Below, in pieces: positions 41,221-53,575 of a stretch of DNA of 64,000 nucleotides. The notes below the pieces were generated by a model, which did not search any database, had not been told where the DNA came from, and was given only the letters and a program-made list of their open reading frames with translations. The stretch comes from Octopus vulgaris (lineage: Eukaryota), in NCBI GenBank assembly GCA_951406725.2, contig OX597815.1:81468001-81532000 (forward strand), written 5' to 3'. Position 1 is the first letter of the stretch. The number at the start of each line of letters is the position of its first letter. The translations under genes and the position numbers were made by a program.

Positions 41221-41485
41221 TCATTATCATTGTTTAATGTCCATTTTCCAAGCTAGCATGGGTTGGACAGTTCGACTGGGGTCTGGGAAGCCAGGAGGAC
41301 ACACCAGGCCCCAGTCTGATCTGGCAGAGTTTCTACAGCTGGATGCACTTCCTAACGCCAACCACTCCATGAGTGTAGTGGGTGCTTTTTACGTGCCAGG
41401 AGAGGCTGGCAATGGCCACGATCAGTTAGTGATTTTTACGTGCCACCGGCAGTCAAAGCGGAGCTAGCATTGGCCACATTCGGAT
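41218..41485 (-). mobile_element. RTE 3'-tail copy (family A)
   Basis: Family A tail adjoining (TA)n. Confidence 0.85.
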
Positions 41486-42399
41486 AGACAAGCAAACCTA
41501 TGCACAAAAAGCAAACCTATAACTAGCTCCAATGTAGAAAACAAATAGATGTATACATACATATATATATAATATATATGAATATATACATATGATTTAT
41601 GTATCTGTGTGTGCATGTGATGTGAGTGTGTGTATTTATACATTCATATATATGTGTGTATGTATATGTTTAGATAGACAGAAAGGTAGTTAAGAAGGTG
41701 GGCAAGTACATGCATATATGCATATATGCACACATATTTGCAATATATACACACCTTTTGCAACACAAACACACAGATATATATATATATATATATATAT
41801 AAATATAATATATGTGTATGTATGTATGTATGTATATAAATATATAGAATGTCACACAAATACAAATATATTCACACATACATACACATTTACGTGTATA
41901 GGTGAGTGTGTGTGCATGTGTGTATTTTCATTCTTTGCAATGAGATAGATTTCAATACATAACACACATAATTCACTCTGTCAACAAGCACATACACCCA
42001 GGCATAGAATAAGAATGTGCAAAAATTTGTATGCTAGTAACCATATACATACATACATACACACGTACATATGCAGAGAGAAAATCCAGAGACCCATTAG
42101 TAGCTCAGAAATGGTTAATAAGAGAACTGATAGGAGAAGAGAGAAAATAATACAGGAAATATTAACAGGGTAAAAAAAAGGGGTTAGTGCCAGGTCACAG
42201 GCAAAAAAAAAAAAGTAAATCAAAATAAATATAATAAAAATAAAATTCTAGAATTTGTTTCCAACATTAACATGACTAACACTAACACCATCACCGCCAT
42301 CTTTATCAAGATCACTACCATCTTGGTTACAACTACCACTATCATGGTTGTTACTACCACAAGAACTGCCACTATGACCACCACCACCACCACCACCGT

Positions 42400-42442
42400 T
42401 GCTACTACTACTACTACTACTACTACTATTTCACCACCGTTA

Positions 42443-42482
<40 letters not shown>

Positions 42483-42490
42483 AGCAGCAG
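42400..42490. repeat. (CTA)n microsatellite
   Basis: Direct inspection. Confidence 0.9.
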
Positions 42491-42816
42491 TAGCTCCTGC
42501 TTGATGCATTAAGGAAGAAAGTCTTGTGACAGACTGAACACATTATCCTGAAGAAAACCCAAGAATGTCTCAGTACCTGTAGTTCAGTTTGGCATTTACA
42601 TAAATTTCTTAAAATACTCCAAGACTTAACTCCAATATTAATATTCTATAATACAGAAGCACATTTCAATCACACACATGCAAATGTTTATATATATATA
42701 TATACATATATAAATATACATACATATATAAATATACATACATATATAAATATACATATATATATATAAATATACATATATATATAAATATACATATATA
42801 TATATATACACACACA

Positions 42817-42957
42817 CATCATCATCATCGTTTAACGTCCGTTATCCATGCTAGCATGGGTTGGACGGTCCGACCGGGGTCTCGGAAGCCAGGAGGCTGC
42901 ACCAGGTTCCAGTCTGATCTGGCAGTGTTTCTACAGCTGGATGCCCTTCCTAACGCC
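42817..42957 (-). mobile_element. Short young RTE 3'-tail copy
   Basis: (CAT)n-cgtttaacgtcc...cctaacgcc. Confidence 0.85.
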
Positions 42958-43466
42958 TCACCCTTTTAATGGCCAATTCTATGATTGGCTTTATGTAGAC
43001 ACACACACATATATAATTTAATAAACACAATATAATATCTGATAGGATGGAGTACTTTTTTGTTGATCTTACCATCACGGAACAGTACACTATACATACA
43101 TATATGTACAATATTTGCAAACAAACCCAAAGCCTTTGTAAGTTCCAGAGAAAGAGTGACTATGAAAGTCTTTTCTACAAAGACTTACAAAGCTTTCGGG
43201 TTTGTTTACAAATATTTTATGTAGTATTAGACAGTTATGTACCTATCCAGATAATTTGGCTGAATTCGATGGGTGAGCATGTTGGCCCGAGTGGATGCGC
43301 AAAGAGCCATGTAAGCATTGATTTATGGGTTTGATTCTGACCTGAGTTAGCTCATCATTTTTCAGTGAATATTTAGATAAATATCGCTTTAAATCAGAGT
43401 ATATATTTTATTATGATATATTATTATATAGTTGTTAATGTATCATATATGTATGCATAGGTGTAA

Positions 43467-43501
<35 letters not shown>

Positions 43502-44134
43502 GGGGGTATGTATGTATGAATATGTATTGAGAAGAACAAAAACAAAGATCTGTGAAGTAACAATAACAATATAAAGGAATTTAGTGACATGTTAAACAAC
43601 TGAACACTTAAGGTCAGTGAGTGTATATTTTATGGTGCTTAAGCACTAGTTCAATACACCCATACATGTGTGTCTTCTACTGTACCACAGCCAATCAATG
43701 TTTCATGGATCAATTTGGTAGACAGAAACCAAGTGGAAGCCTATTGTAAATATGTCTGTATACACACACACACACACACACATTTGCTCTGCATACTGTA
43801 TACCAGTAATACAACTAAGTAGAGTTATAACCAAACCACTATACTGGGAGCAGAAAGTATGATGGTACTCTATGTAGAGCTCTAAGCTTAACAAGTAGCA
43901 GTTGTACATCTAATGTATGTGTGCATGTGTGTACTTGTGTTTGCACCCACACTTCTGTTTGACAGGCAGTGTTGGTTTGTTTACATCCCTGTGACTTAGT
44001 AATTCAGCAAAAGAGACTGAATAAGTACCAGGCTCAAAAATAAGTACTATGGTCAGTTTGCTCAGCTAAACTTTTAATGGCTCTGCTCCAGCATGGCCAC
44101 AGTTCAATGGTTGAAACAAATAAAACATAAAAGA

Positions 44135-44510
44135 TGCATGTGACCATGTGGTAAGAAGCTTGCTCCCTAACCACATGGTTCTGGGTTCAGTTCCAGTGTG
44201 TGGCACCTCCTTGTGAGTGGATTTGGCAGCTGGATACTGAAAGAAGCCCGTCATGTGTGTGTACGTATGTGTGTGTGTGTGTGGGGGGGGGTGTCTTTGT
44301 GTCCATGTTTGGCCCCTTCCACCATCATTTGACAACCGATGTTGGTGTGTTTATATCCCTGCAATTTGGCAGTTCAGCAAAAGAGCCCTATAGAATATGT
44401 ATTAGGCTTACAAAGAATAAGTCCTGGGGTCAATTTCTTCGACTAAAACCCTTTGAGATGGTGCTCCAGCATGGTCGGAGTCAAATGATTGAAACAGAAT
44501 AAAAGAATAT
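44135..44510 (+). mobile_element. SINE family B with internal deletion
   Basis: gtggtaagaagcttgc...gggttcagttcca...; 3' half intact. Confidence 0.8.
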
Positions 44511-45094
44511 ATAAAGACAATAAATACCCAAGCTGCATACAAAACATAATAATAATAAAGTGGGCACTAATGCAAGAATTTTAAATAATTATCGTTAACT
44601 TAACTAAATATGAAATACAGTTAATGGTGACTTTGATCTTCAGTAATACAGACACTACTACAAGCATGTTTCAGAGTTATTACAACTCCTCAGCAAAGCA
44701 TAGACTAACTGCTATAGGTTTAGGGAAGTATTTAAGAGTTTTGTGACTCAATATATAAGATACATGTCAAGCTTTCACAACGTATCCAACCAGATGTCTC
44801 CATAATCAACCATTGTACAATTTCTAGTAGAACATTTCATATTACAAGCACTTCAATCTAACACTCTACAAAACATGCTATTTTCAAGAGCTTCAATAGG
44901 ATCCTTCAAAACGTTAGAAAGAGCAGCCAAAGCCCTTCCAAATTATATGGAAGTGTCTTAGAAATGAACACATTCAATAATATAGTCAGGAGTTCACTGT
45001 GTCTGGTAGAAAGGCAGCATTGCCGCAACTGGAATGTCTTAGCTAGGATTTGCTCAATCAGGGCTGACTTAGGTATAGGCAACAGTAGCCCTTT

Positions 45095-45345
45095 TGGCAC
45101 GTAAAAAACACCAGTTGAGCGTGGCCGTTGCCAGTACCGCCTGACTGGCCCCCGTGCCGGTGGCACGTAAAAGCACCCACTACACTCTCAGAGTGGTTGG
45201 TGTTAGGAAGGGGATCCAGCTGTAGAAACTCTGCCAGACCAAGATTAGAGCCTGGTGCAGCCATCTGGTTCGCAGGTCCTCAGTCAAATCGTCCAACCCA
45301 TACTAGCATGGAAAGCGGACGTTAAACGATAATGATGATGATGAT
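45095..45345 (+). mobile_element. RTE 3'-tail copy (family A)
   Basis: Ends gcatggaaagcggacgttaaacgataatgatgatg. Confidence 0.85.
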
Positions 45346-45864
45346 ATCTTACAGTCTGTCCTTTTTGCTCTCTGTCTTTATACTCTTTCCTTCTACCCAA
45401 GGTAATAATCACACCCCTTTAATGTTCTGCATGTATATGTGTGTGTTTGTGTATGCATGTACAGGTGAAAGGGTTAAATGGGGCAAGCCCTCAGCTGTAC
45501 AACAAAGATCTGTCACGGCGCATTAACAGAAAACTGTTTTAGTAGCTGTGTATAATTATAGACAATTAAGGTGATTAGTAGTATTTAGCTTAGCTCTTTG
45601 TCCTTTAACTAAATCTATGTGAGAGTTTCTAGGCAGTCACTCAACCTTATAGAAATAGTATTCAAGTTCCCTCAAATCACACTCTTAAGTTGACTGTGGG
45701 GTATGGTATGCCTTTGATCTTTAGGTCTGCTTGAAATAAACAACAAGGAATTAAATCAATAATAAAAATGATGATAATAATAATAACAATAGCAACAACA
45801 ATAATAATAATAATAATAATAATAATATAGTAATAATAATAACAATAGTAATAATAATAATAAC

Positions 45865-45926
<62 letters not shown>

Positions 45927-45928
<2 letters not shown>

Positions 45929-46301
45929 CGATATAGCATGCCCAAGTGACATATATGATAATCAACACAGCATGCCCTGGTGACAACAGGATCAATGTGA
46001 AAGAAGAAAAAATAAACAACTATGATGATTTGAAGTGGGAAATATGAAGGTTTTGATCAATGAAGAGAGAAGACGTGACACCAAGAGTAACTGGTGTACT
46101 TGAAAGTATCAACTACCAACATGGCTGAAAAGACTGGTGCAAGTGTGAAGGTAGAACACCTACAAAAATCAGCATTGCTTGGAACTGCAAGAATTCTTGG
46201 CAGGGTTTTTGAAGCATGACCTGTTAAGTGGCACCTTAGTCTGCTGGCTGTGGACGACTGACACTTTCTATCATACCCAGCCAAATAAACTGTGAGTTTT
46301 C

Positions 46302-46303
<2 letters not shown>
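45927..46303 (+). mobile_element. R4/Dong-clade RLE non-LTR retrotransposon, 3' fragment inserted in (TAA)n
   Basis: Translates IDIACPSD / ACPGDNRINVKEEKINNYDDLKWEI*RF*SMKREDVTPRVTGVL...VEHLQKSALLGTARILGRVFEA* (stop 46217-46219); (taa)n directly on both sides. Confidence 0.85.
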
Positions 46304-46343
<40 letters not shown>

Positions 46344-47049
46344 TAACAACAACAACAATGTTTCAAATGTTGGCACAAGGACACTAAATTTAGGAGAGGG
46401 GAGGAGTAAGTCGATTACATGTTCAACTCGTACTTATTTTATTGACCAGAAAATCACAAAAGGCAATGCTGCCTTTGGCCAAACTGTGAGCACCAAGCAA
46501 AAGAGGGTGCCACTAATGTGCCAGATCTCCCTGAAATCACACCCTTATGTTTTGTAAAAATTAAAGGATATGTTGAATAATGTAGCTGGACATAGAAAGG
46601 ATAAAGAGGGTAAAGATCCTTCCTGACTCAAAGAGACTCACTGGGCTGGTTTACTGGTTTCCATGGCTCCTAAATCCCCCCACTTGGATGGTATGCTGGT
46701 CTGTCGTAGGATTACTCATTTTTGCCAGCTGAGTGGTCTGGGGCAATGTGAAATTAAGTGTTTTACTCAAGAACACGTGTCACCTAGTCCAGGAATTGAA
46801 ACCACAACCTTATGATCATGAGTTCAACACCCTAACCACTAAACCATGTGCCTCCACATAGCCTGAGATAGATATCCCTGAAAAGGTTGGATGGTCATGT
46901 TTCAATGCCTTTGATCACAGGTCTACTGAGTCAGAGTTGACCCAGGGCTATAAACAATTGAGAATTGAAAAATAAAAGCCATTTTAGAATATTGTCATAT
47001 AGTATTTCATGTAATTAATGAATTTCAGGGTGTGGTCGTTCCAGTGATG

Positions 47050-47350
47050 TAGTGACTCACATAAGAAGAGGTCAACTCATACATGTGGATTTGAGGGTAC
47101 TTGACCCAGAAAGACATGGGACAAAGTGGTGAGAAAGGATCTCCAGATGCTGGGCCTCACTAAGGAAATGACAAGGAACTGGGAGGTGTGGCAATTTGCT
47201 GTACTTGTTAAGATGCATCAAACCAAGTAAAATTGCTGTCTTCCACACATACAGGCCCATCCTTTCAGGTGCTGGTGCTACATAAAAGGCACCTGTGCTG
47301 GTGCTGCATGAACGCCCCCATGCTGGTGGCACATAAAAATCACCCAGCAT
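47050..47350 (+). mobile_element. Old RTE ORF C-terminus and 3' UTR fragment
   Basis: PRKTWDKVVRKDLQMLGLTKEMTRNWEVWQFAV, homologous to the end of the ORF at 57686-58177. Confidence 0.8.
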
Positions 47351-47743
47351 ACTTCTATTAATCACCATGTCTCTTTCTTCATCCCCAGAATATCATCTCT
47401 CTAGAACACCCTCCATGCTCAAGTCTCTCTTGCAGGCATCAGCTTGCAGTAGTTCAAGTGAAATATGACATATTACTGATATAACTCACTGGTCTTAGAG
47501 GGGAAATGTGAAGGTCTTGGGCACCAATCCTGACACCAAACCCAGTGATTAAAATGAACAAAAATCCCTTCAAGGCGCAGGTGTAGCTTGTGTACCTAAG
47601 AAGGTTGCTTCCCAACCATGTAGTATAAGGTTCAGTCCCACTGCACAGCACCTTGGGTAAGTGTCTTCTGCTATAGCCCTGGGTCAACCAAAGCCTTATG
47701 AGTGGATTTGATAGGTAGAAACAGAAAGTAGCTCATTGTACAG

Positions 47744-47789
<46 letters not shown>

Positions 47790-48074
47790 CCAGAATTTGA
47801 GACATATGGAATTTGAAGGTGGACCACTGTCTTTTAAGGGTACTTGGCCAATTTTCTAAGCTACCTGCATTCAAAGATTCCTACTGAGTGGTTAGTGTTA
47901 GTAAGAGCATCCAACTGTAAAAATCCTGCCAAAACAGTTACAGAATTTGGTGCAGGCTCCTGCCTGGCTGGCTCTTGTCAAACCATCCCACCCGTGCTAG
48001 CATGGAAAGGCTGACATTAAATGATGATGATGATGATATGTCTGTCAGTCTATATATATATATACATACATACA

Positions 48075-48388
48075 GAGTGCTGGGCTTGCAATCATGATAT
48101 AGTGAGTTTGATTCCCAGACTGAGCTGTGTATTGTGTTCTTGAGCAAGTCACTTTACTTCACATTGCTCCAGTTCACCCACCTGTAGAAATGAGCTGCAG
48201 AATCACTAGTGGCAAGCTGTATCAGCCTTTGTCTTTCCCTTAGATAACATCAGTGGCGTGGAGAGGAGAGACTGGTATGCATGGGCAACTGCTGGTCTTC
48301 CATCAACAACCTTGCCTGAACTTGTGCATTGGAGGGTAACTTTCTAGGTGCAATCCCATGGTCATTCATGACTGGAAGGAGTCTTTAC
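48075..48388 (+). mobile_element. SINE family E
   Basis: Colinear with 28336-28690. Confidence 0.85.
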
Positions 48389-49057
48389 TTGCTTTATGTA
48401 TGTATGTATATATATATATGTGTCTGTCTTTGTGTTTGTGTTTGTTGCTGACTACCACTAGACATCAGGTGTTGCTGAACCAAGTTAAAGGGAACTTAGT
48501 GGTTCAGCAACAGAAACTGATAGCATAACTGCCAGGCTTAAAAAATAAATAAATACCAGGGTTGATTTGTTCAACAAAACCCTGTAAGCCTGTGCCCCAG
48601 CATGGTCAGAGTCTAGTGAATGAAACGAGTAAAAGATAAAAAGATGAATGAATTTGAATTCATTCAACTACTATCTGAAACTATGGGAACAAGGTGTAAA
48701 ATTGCCAAACTGGGAACTGAACCTCTGGCCGGGAGGAAGCATGTGCTTAGGACTATTTATTGTCATCATCCTCTTCAATGTATTACAATGTTTCGCCCCC
48801 AAGAACAAACAATACAGAAACATGGGCTAAAGCGAAAGCGATGACAAGAACGCAACAGAGAAGGCGGAGGGGGGAGGTAAGGAGGAAAGAAGGAGAAAAA
48901 GAAGAAAAAGAAAGGAAGTGGAGGAGGAGGAGATATAAGTGGTGGACAAGGATGTAATCATCTCAATTGTCCAGCAGTAAGCTGTCAAATTGGACATGTC
49001 CACTTATGCCAACATCTTTTGGTCAAATAACTCAGGTAAGTCATGATGATGATGATC

Positions 49058-49102
<45 letters not shown>

Positions 49103-50027
49103 TTAATGATAAAATGCAAAGCAATGATAATGATGATAATGATGATGACTACCTTGGCTTACCGGAATTAATCTTAATATAATTAGCCTTATTGAACATG
49201 ATTCTAATTAGAATAAACATTGCGTGTGTGTATGTGTGTGTGTGTGTGTGTGTGCGCGCACTACCAATTAATGAAATATTAAATATTATAAGAGATGTGG
49301 TTGGATGAAGAAGAAGAAGAAGAAAACATGTAAAATGAAAGAAAAGACAAAAAGAAAAAGAAACCGAAAAGGCAGAACAATTCAAGTATAGGAATGCAAA
49401 AATGGAAAGAGGATAAGAAAAAGGGATGAAGAAAGCAAAGATTCAGCGTCACTGTCATCATCACCAGTACTATCATCACTTCTATAATAAACACCACATC
49501 ATCTTAAAAGACCATTAGTTCTTAGGCTGCATAGCGTGTAAGACATCGTCATCTTCATGAGGATGATGATGATGATGATGAGGATGATGATCATTATTGT
49601 TGTCGTCAATTTCATCATCATCATCATCATCATAGTAATCAACATCACCACCGTAACATTCTAACATTTCAACATCCATCAGTACTGTCCTTAAGCAACA
49701 CAATCCAAGCAGCCCTTGCCTCATTGCTTCAGCGACCATTTTTCGTGCTGACATAGGTCAAAGAAAAAAAGAAAGAAAGAAAGAAAGAGGAGGAGGAGGG
49801 CGAAGAGTAAAAAAGGCAGGATGATGAAACTTAAAATGAAATAACAATAACAAGAACAATTACAGGGTTTAAGTATTAGCAGAAGTGTTTTTGCTGGCTA
49901 ACGAGCCTGGCAGGGTGTTTATTGAGAGATTAATTACAGGTATGTAAATATAGGTAATTAGTCTGATGACATAAAGTGAGAGGTGGTAGGTAGGTAGGTG
50001 GAGAGATGTTAATGAGATACATATGCA

Positions 50028-50071
<44 letters not shown>

Positions 50072-50669
50072 CAAACAGACACACATTGTGTGTGTGTTCT
50101 TTACATGCAAGCATACAGAACAGACAACCACACATGAAATTCCACACAAACACCCACATGCACAGACACACACACAACTATATAGTGGTTAATCTTCCAC
50201 ACCAATGTATGTACACACAAGCAGAGACAAATACATAATATCAACAAGTCAATAATCAAATCAACACACACACACACCACGCACACGCACGCATGTGCAT
50301 GTATACACACGTACACATACATACGCAAACGTGCACGTACACACAGAAGTTCAGATGGCTTAATCGCTGAATTGCATACGCACAAGCACATGCTCACATT
50401 ATTGAATGTGTGCATATATATATATATATAGCTATACACTATCACTCGCTCATGCAGAGACAGAGAGACAGAACGAGAGAGAGATAGAGAGAGAGGGAGA
50501 GAGAGAGGGGGGAGAGAACTTGAGAGAGACAGACAGATAGACAGACTGAGATTAATATATACAGAAAAATGCCAGCGGTCAGGCAAATCATCATCCATAT
50601 TAACAACAGCAATGCATCTTTTGAAGAAACATCCTTCCACCACCACCACCAACAACAACAACAACCACC

Positions 50670-50701
<32 letters not shown>

Positions 50702-50855
50702 CAACAACATCAATCAACAGTTTGCTTTCAAACTAAATATTTCATGGTTATTTAGATATGCAGATTAAGAACGGCTTAAACATGCACACACAGATACACA
50801 TGCTTACCACACACACACACACACACAGATTTCTACATGATCACACATGAATTCA

Positions 50856-50893
<38 letters not shown>

Positions 50894-51384
50894 ACTTTTT
50901 TCTTTCTCCCATCTTTACATGGGTTAGCCAGACCTGCTACAGCACAGCATGCTGCAATTTCTTGAGGTTGTTTGTCTGCCTTGTTTGAATGGTTCAGCAT
51001 CCACAGTTCAAATTTTGCCATTTATTCCTTTTTCTTTACCTGTTCGCCCAATACTATCCTCCACCATCATCACCTCTATGAAGGACATACATGTTCGTTC
51101 CCATGATAACTCATAACTACCCCTTCCATAGGTATGTATGTGTAGATGGCTATATAGATATGAGGTGGCTGAGTTCCTTTCAAGCACTAAGCCTCAGGGA
51201 GGCAAAGTGACCAAACTCCTAGGCCACATGGAGGCAAAGTGGCTGAGTGCCTTTTGAACAGCCCTCACGGAGGTCTGAGTTCCTTACGAGCGTTGGGCTT
51301 CATGGAGGCAAAAATTCAGCATCTGGCATCATCATCAATACCATCATGTTGACTGGGAAGGAATAAATATTCAAATGATGCAGA

Positions 51385-51692
51385 CAAGTGTTAGGACCAA
51401 GCTCATGCTACAGATGTGGAGGCCTACATTTTGGGAAGGATTGTCCTTTCAAAACGCAGAAGTGTTATAGTTGCCAAAACATAGGACACAAGAGCTCACA
51501 TTGCAGAGCAGAGTTAGGAAGGTCAAACATAAAAAAAAACTCTAAAGTTTTCTCAACAGAAAGTAGAAACGACACCAAAAAGAGGAAATGTATATTTGTA
51601 AAAGTAAACTAAGTGAATATTAGATTACAACTAGATACTGATAGCGACATTCCAATTATTGATACTGACACATGGAAAAGAACTGAAAAGAA
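51385..51692 (+). pseudogene. Ty3/Gypsy gag zinc knuckles and aspartic protease remnant
   Basis: CYRCGGLHFGKDC and CYSCQNIGHKSSHC (two CCHC knuckles), then in frame VKVN*VNIRLQLDTDSDIPIIDTDTWK (degenerate LDTGS protease site). Confidence 0.85.
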
Positions 51693-51760
51693 AAAATATG
51701 ATAAAAATAGAATAAAATACATTTCGTTTCTTACAGAAATCAAAATCTCAAAAGGGGAGA

Positions 51761-52006
51761 TGTTATGGTAAGAGTCACGACACCCCCTGTGAGAACAGAC
51801 TGACTGAATGACCACAAATAGTAGCAGTCTGAGTGAGATACATATAGAGTAGGTGTTAATTGGTTAATTGCTGGAAGTCGTAATAGCGTTTGTTGGTTCA
51901 TGTATAGTTTGCATAGAGTCTATTGGATTGTTACGTTGTTGTTATTCTGTTTCGTTGTGTTTATTGTTACTACACTGTTATAGTGTAACAAAGTATCGCC
52001 ATAACA
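51761..52006 (+). mobile_element. LTR (246 bp) of the Gypsy-like element
   Basis: Polypurine tract aaaaggggaga immediately upstream; termini TGTTATGG...CCATAACA form a perfect 8-bp inverted repeat. Confidence 0.8.
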
Positions 52007-52049
52007 ATTGGTGATACAACAGATAGACAGACAGATAGATAAATATATC

Positions 52050-52315
52050 ATGTAGTCACATGACCAACCAGGCTATCAGATATTGTTACATACTGCTGGT
52101 CACACTGTGCTTTCGCATTGCTTTAGCCTTCAAATCACGCCACACCGCTGGCTGGGCAAGCAAGCTGATGTTTCCCCATGATCAAAAAGGGGATTGGTGT
52201 AATGTGAAATTAAATGTTTTGCTCAAGAACACAATGTGTCACCCAGTCAGGGAAATCAAACCCATGATCAAAATCATGGGTGCAACAGCCTTACCACTAG
52301 GCCACGTGCCTTTAC
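52050..52315 (-). mobile_element. tRNA-derived SINE with a family E-type head
   Basis: Reverse complement reads ggcacgtggcctagtggtaagg...gggtttgatttcc...gtgttcttgagcaaaacatt; a similar copy lies at 46640-46858. Confidence 0.7.
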
Positions 52316-52721
52316 ACACACACACATACATATATATATATGCAGATTTGTATGTTAGTCATATGTACATGTGAGGCTGAATGAATATGCTTATATATAT
52401 ATATATAAAATATATGTGTCATGTGTATGTGTATGCGTAGATTCACCATCACATAAAACCATTTATTGTCCAACCAGAAACCCTCGCTTCTTCCCTATCT
52501 CCAACTGCTCTTCTCCTCTTTGCTTGCAGGTTCTTGTCCTTGAAATTTTTGTGGAATTGAGGTAAAGTGTAATTTGTTTAGTAACAAACACTTGTTTCAC
52601 AGGACATTTGCAAGGTCTGTCTGCTGACAAGAGCTCCCAAAAATCTTCTTTTCAAATACTGAAAACAATCCCTTGGTTACTTTTCACTCTCCCCAAGTCT
52701 ACAACTTTAGAGGCACCATAA

Positions 52722-52900
52722 TGAGTTGTTGAAATGATAGTATGGAGACATGTAAATGTATGCTGTGTGCAAGAAGTAAGATGGAAAGGAGCCTCAGCTA
52801 GACTGCTCATGGGCAAAGAACAAAGGTACAAACTCTTCTGGGAAGTTAGCAGTGGAGCAGATAAAATGATGAAGACAGTCAGAGTGTGTGATAGGATAAG
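52722..52900 (+). pseudogene. RTE APE-endonuclease N-terminal fragment
   Basis: VVEMIVWRHVNVCCVQEVRWKGASARLLMGKEQRYKLFW...VRVCDRI, containing the typical CxQExRW motif. Confidence 0.8.
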
Positions 52901-52904
52901 TTTA

Positions 52905-53575
52905 ATAATAATAATCCTTTCTATAATAGGCACAAAGCCTGAAGTTTGGGGGAGGTGACAGGTTGACATATCATCTCCATTGCTCAACTTTATCGAACCT
53001 GGAAGGATAAAGGCAAAGTTGACCTCGATGGAATTTGAACTCAGAACATAAAGATAAGTAGAATGCTTAGCAGCATTTTATCTGGAATGCTAATGATTCT
53101 ATCAGCTTGCCAATTTGCCATTATTATTATTATTATTATTATCATTATTATTATTATTATTAAGGTGGCAAGCTGTCAGAATTACTAGCATGCTGAATGA
53201 AATGCTTGGTAGTATTTTGTCCGTCTTTATGTTCTTGATTCAAATTCAGCCAAGGTCAACTTTGCCTTTCATCCTTTCGGGGTCAATAAATTAAGTACCA
53301 GTGAAACACAAGGGATCGATGTTATTGACTAGTCCTCTTCCCACGAATTTGAGGCCTTGTAATTCCAGTAGAAAGGATTATTATTATTATTATTATTCAT
53401 AATGATAATAATAATAATAATAATAATAACAATGATCCTTTCTGAACTGGCACTAATTTCCTCAACCTTGAAAGGAAAACTTGACTTTGGCGGGACTTGA
53501 ACTCAGAATATAAAACCAGGTGAAATGCTGCTAAGCATTTTGTTCCAGCATGCTAATGGTTCTGCCAAACCACTA
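52905..53575. mobile_element. Cluster of three family C SINEs in alternating orientation, joined by (TTA)/(TAA) tracts
   Basis: Minus copy 52905-53110, plus copy 53161-53380 flanked by (tta)n, minus copy about 53430-53570. Confidence 0.75.

Noticed and set aside
42220-42543. Thr-rich mucin-like or Val-rich membrane-like ORFs (also poly-Asp at 38428 and poly-Ile/Tyr/Leu at 45677-46019)
   Set aside because: They are trinucleotide repeat translations without splice signals or domain content
48960-49041. Possible host exon ending at the strong donor CAG|GTAAGT
   Set aside because: No convincing upstream acceptor or polypyrimidine tract and no recognisable peptide; cannot be supported without RNA-seq
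51388-51612. Host CCHC zinc-finger gene
   Set aside because: It is followed in frame by a retroviral-type protease motif and then PPT plus LTR, so it is Gypsy gag
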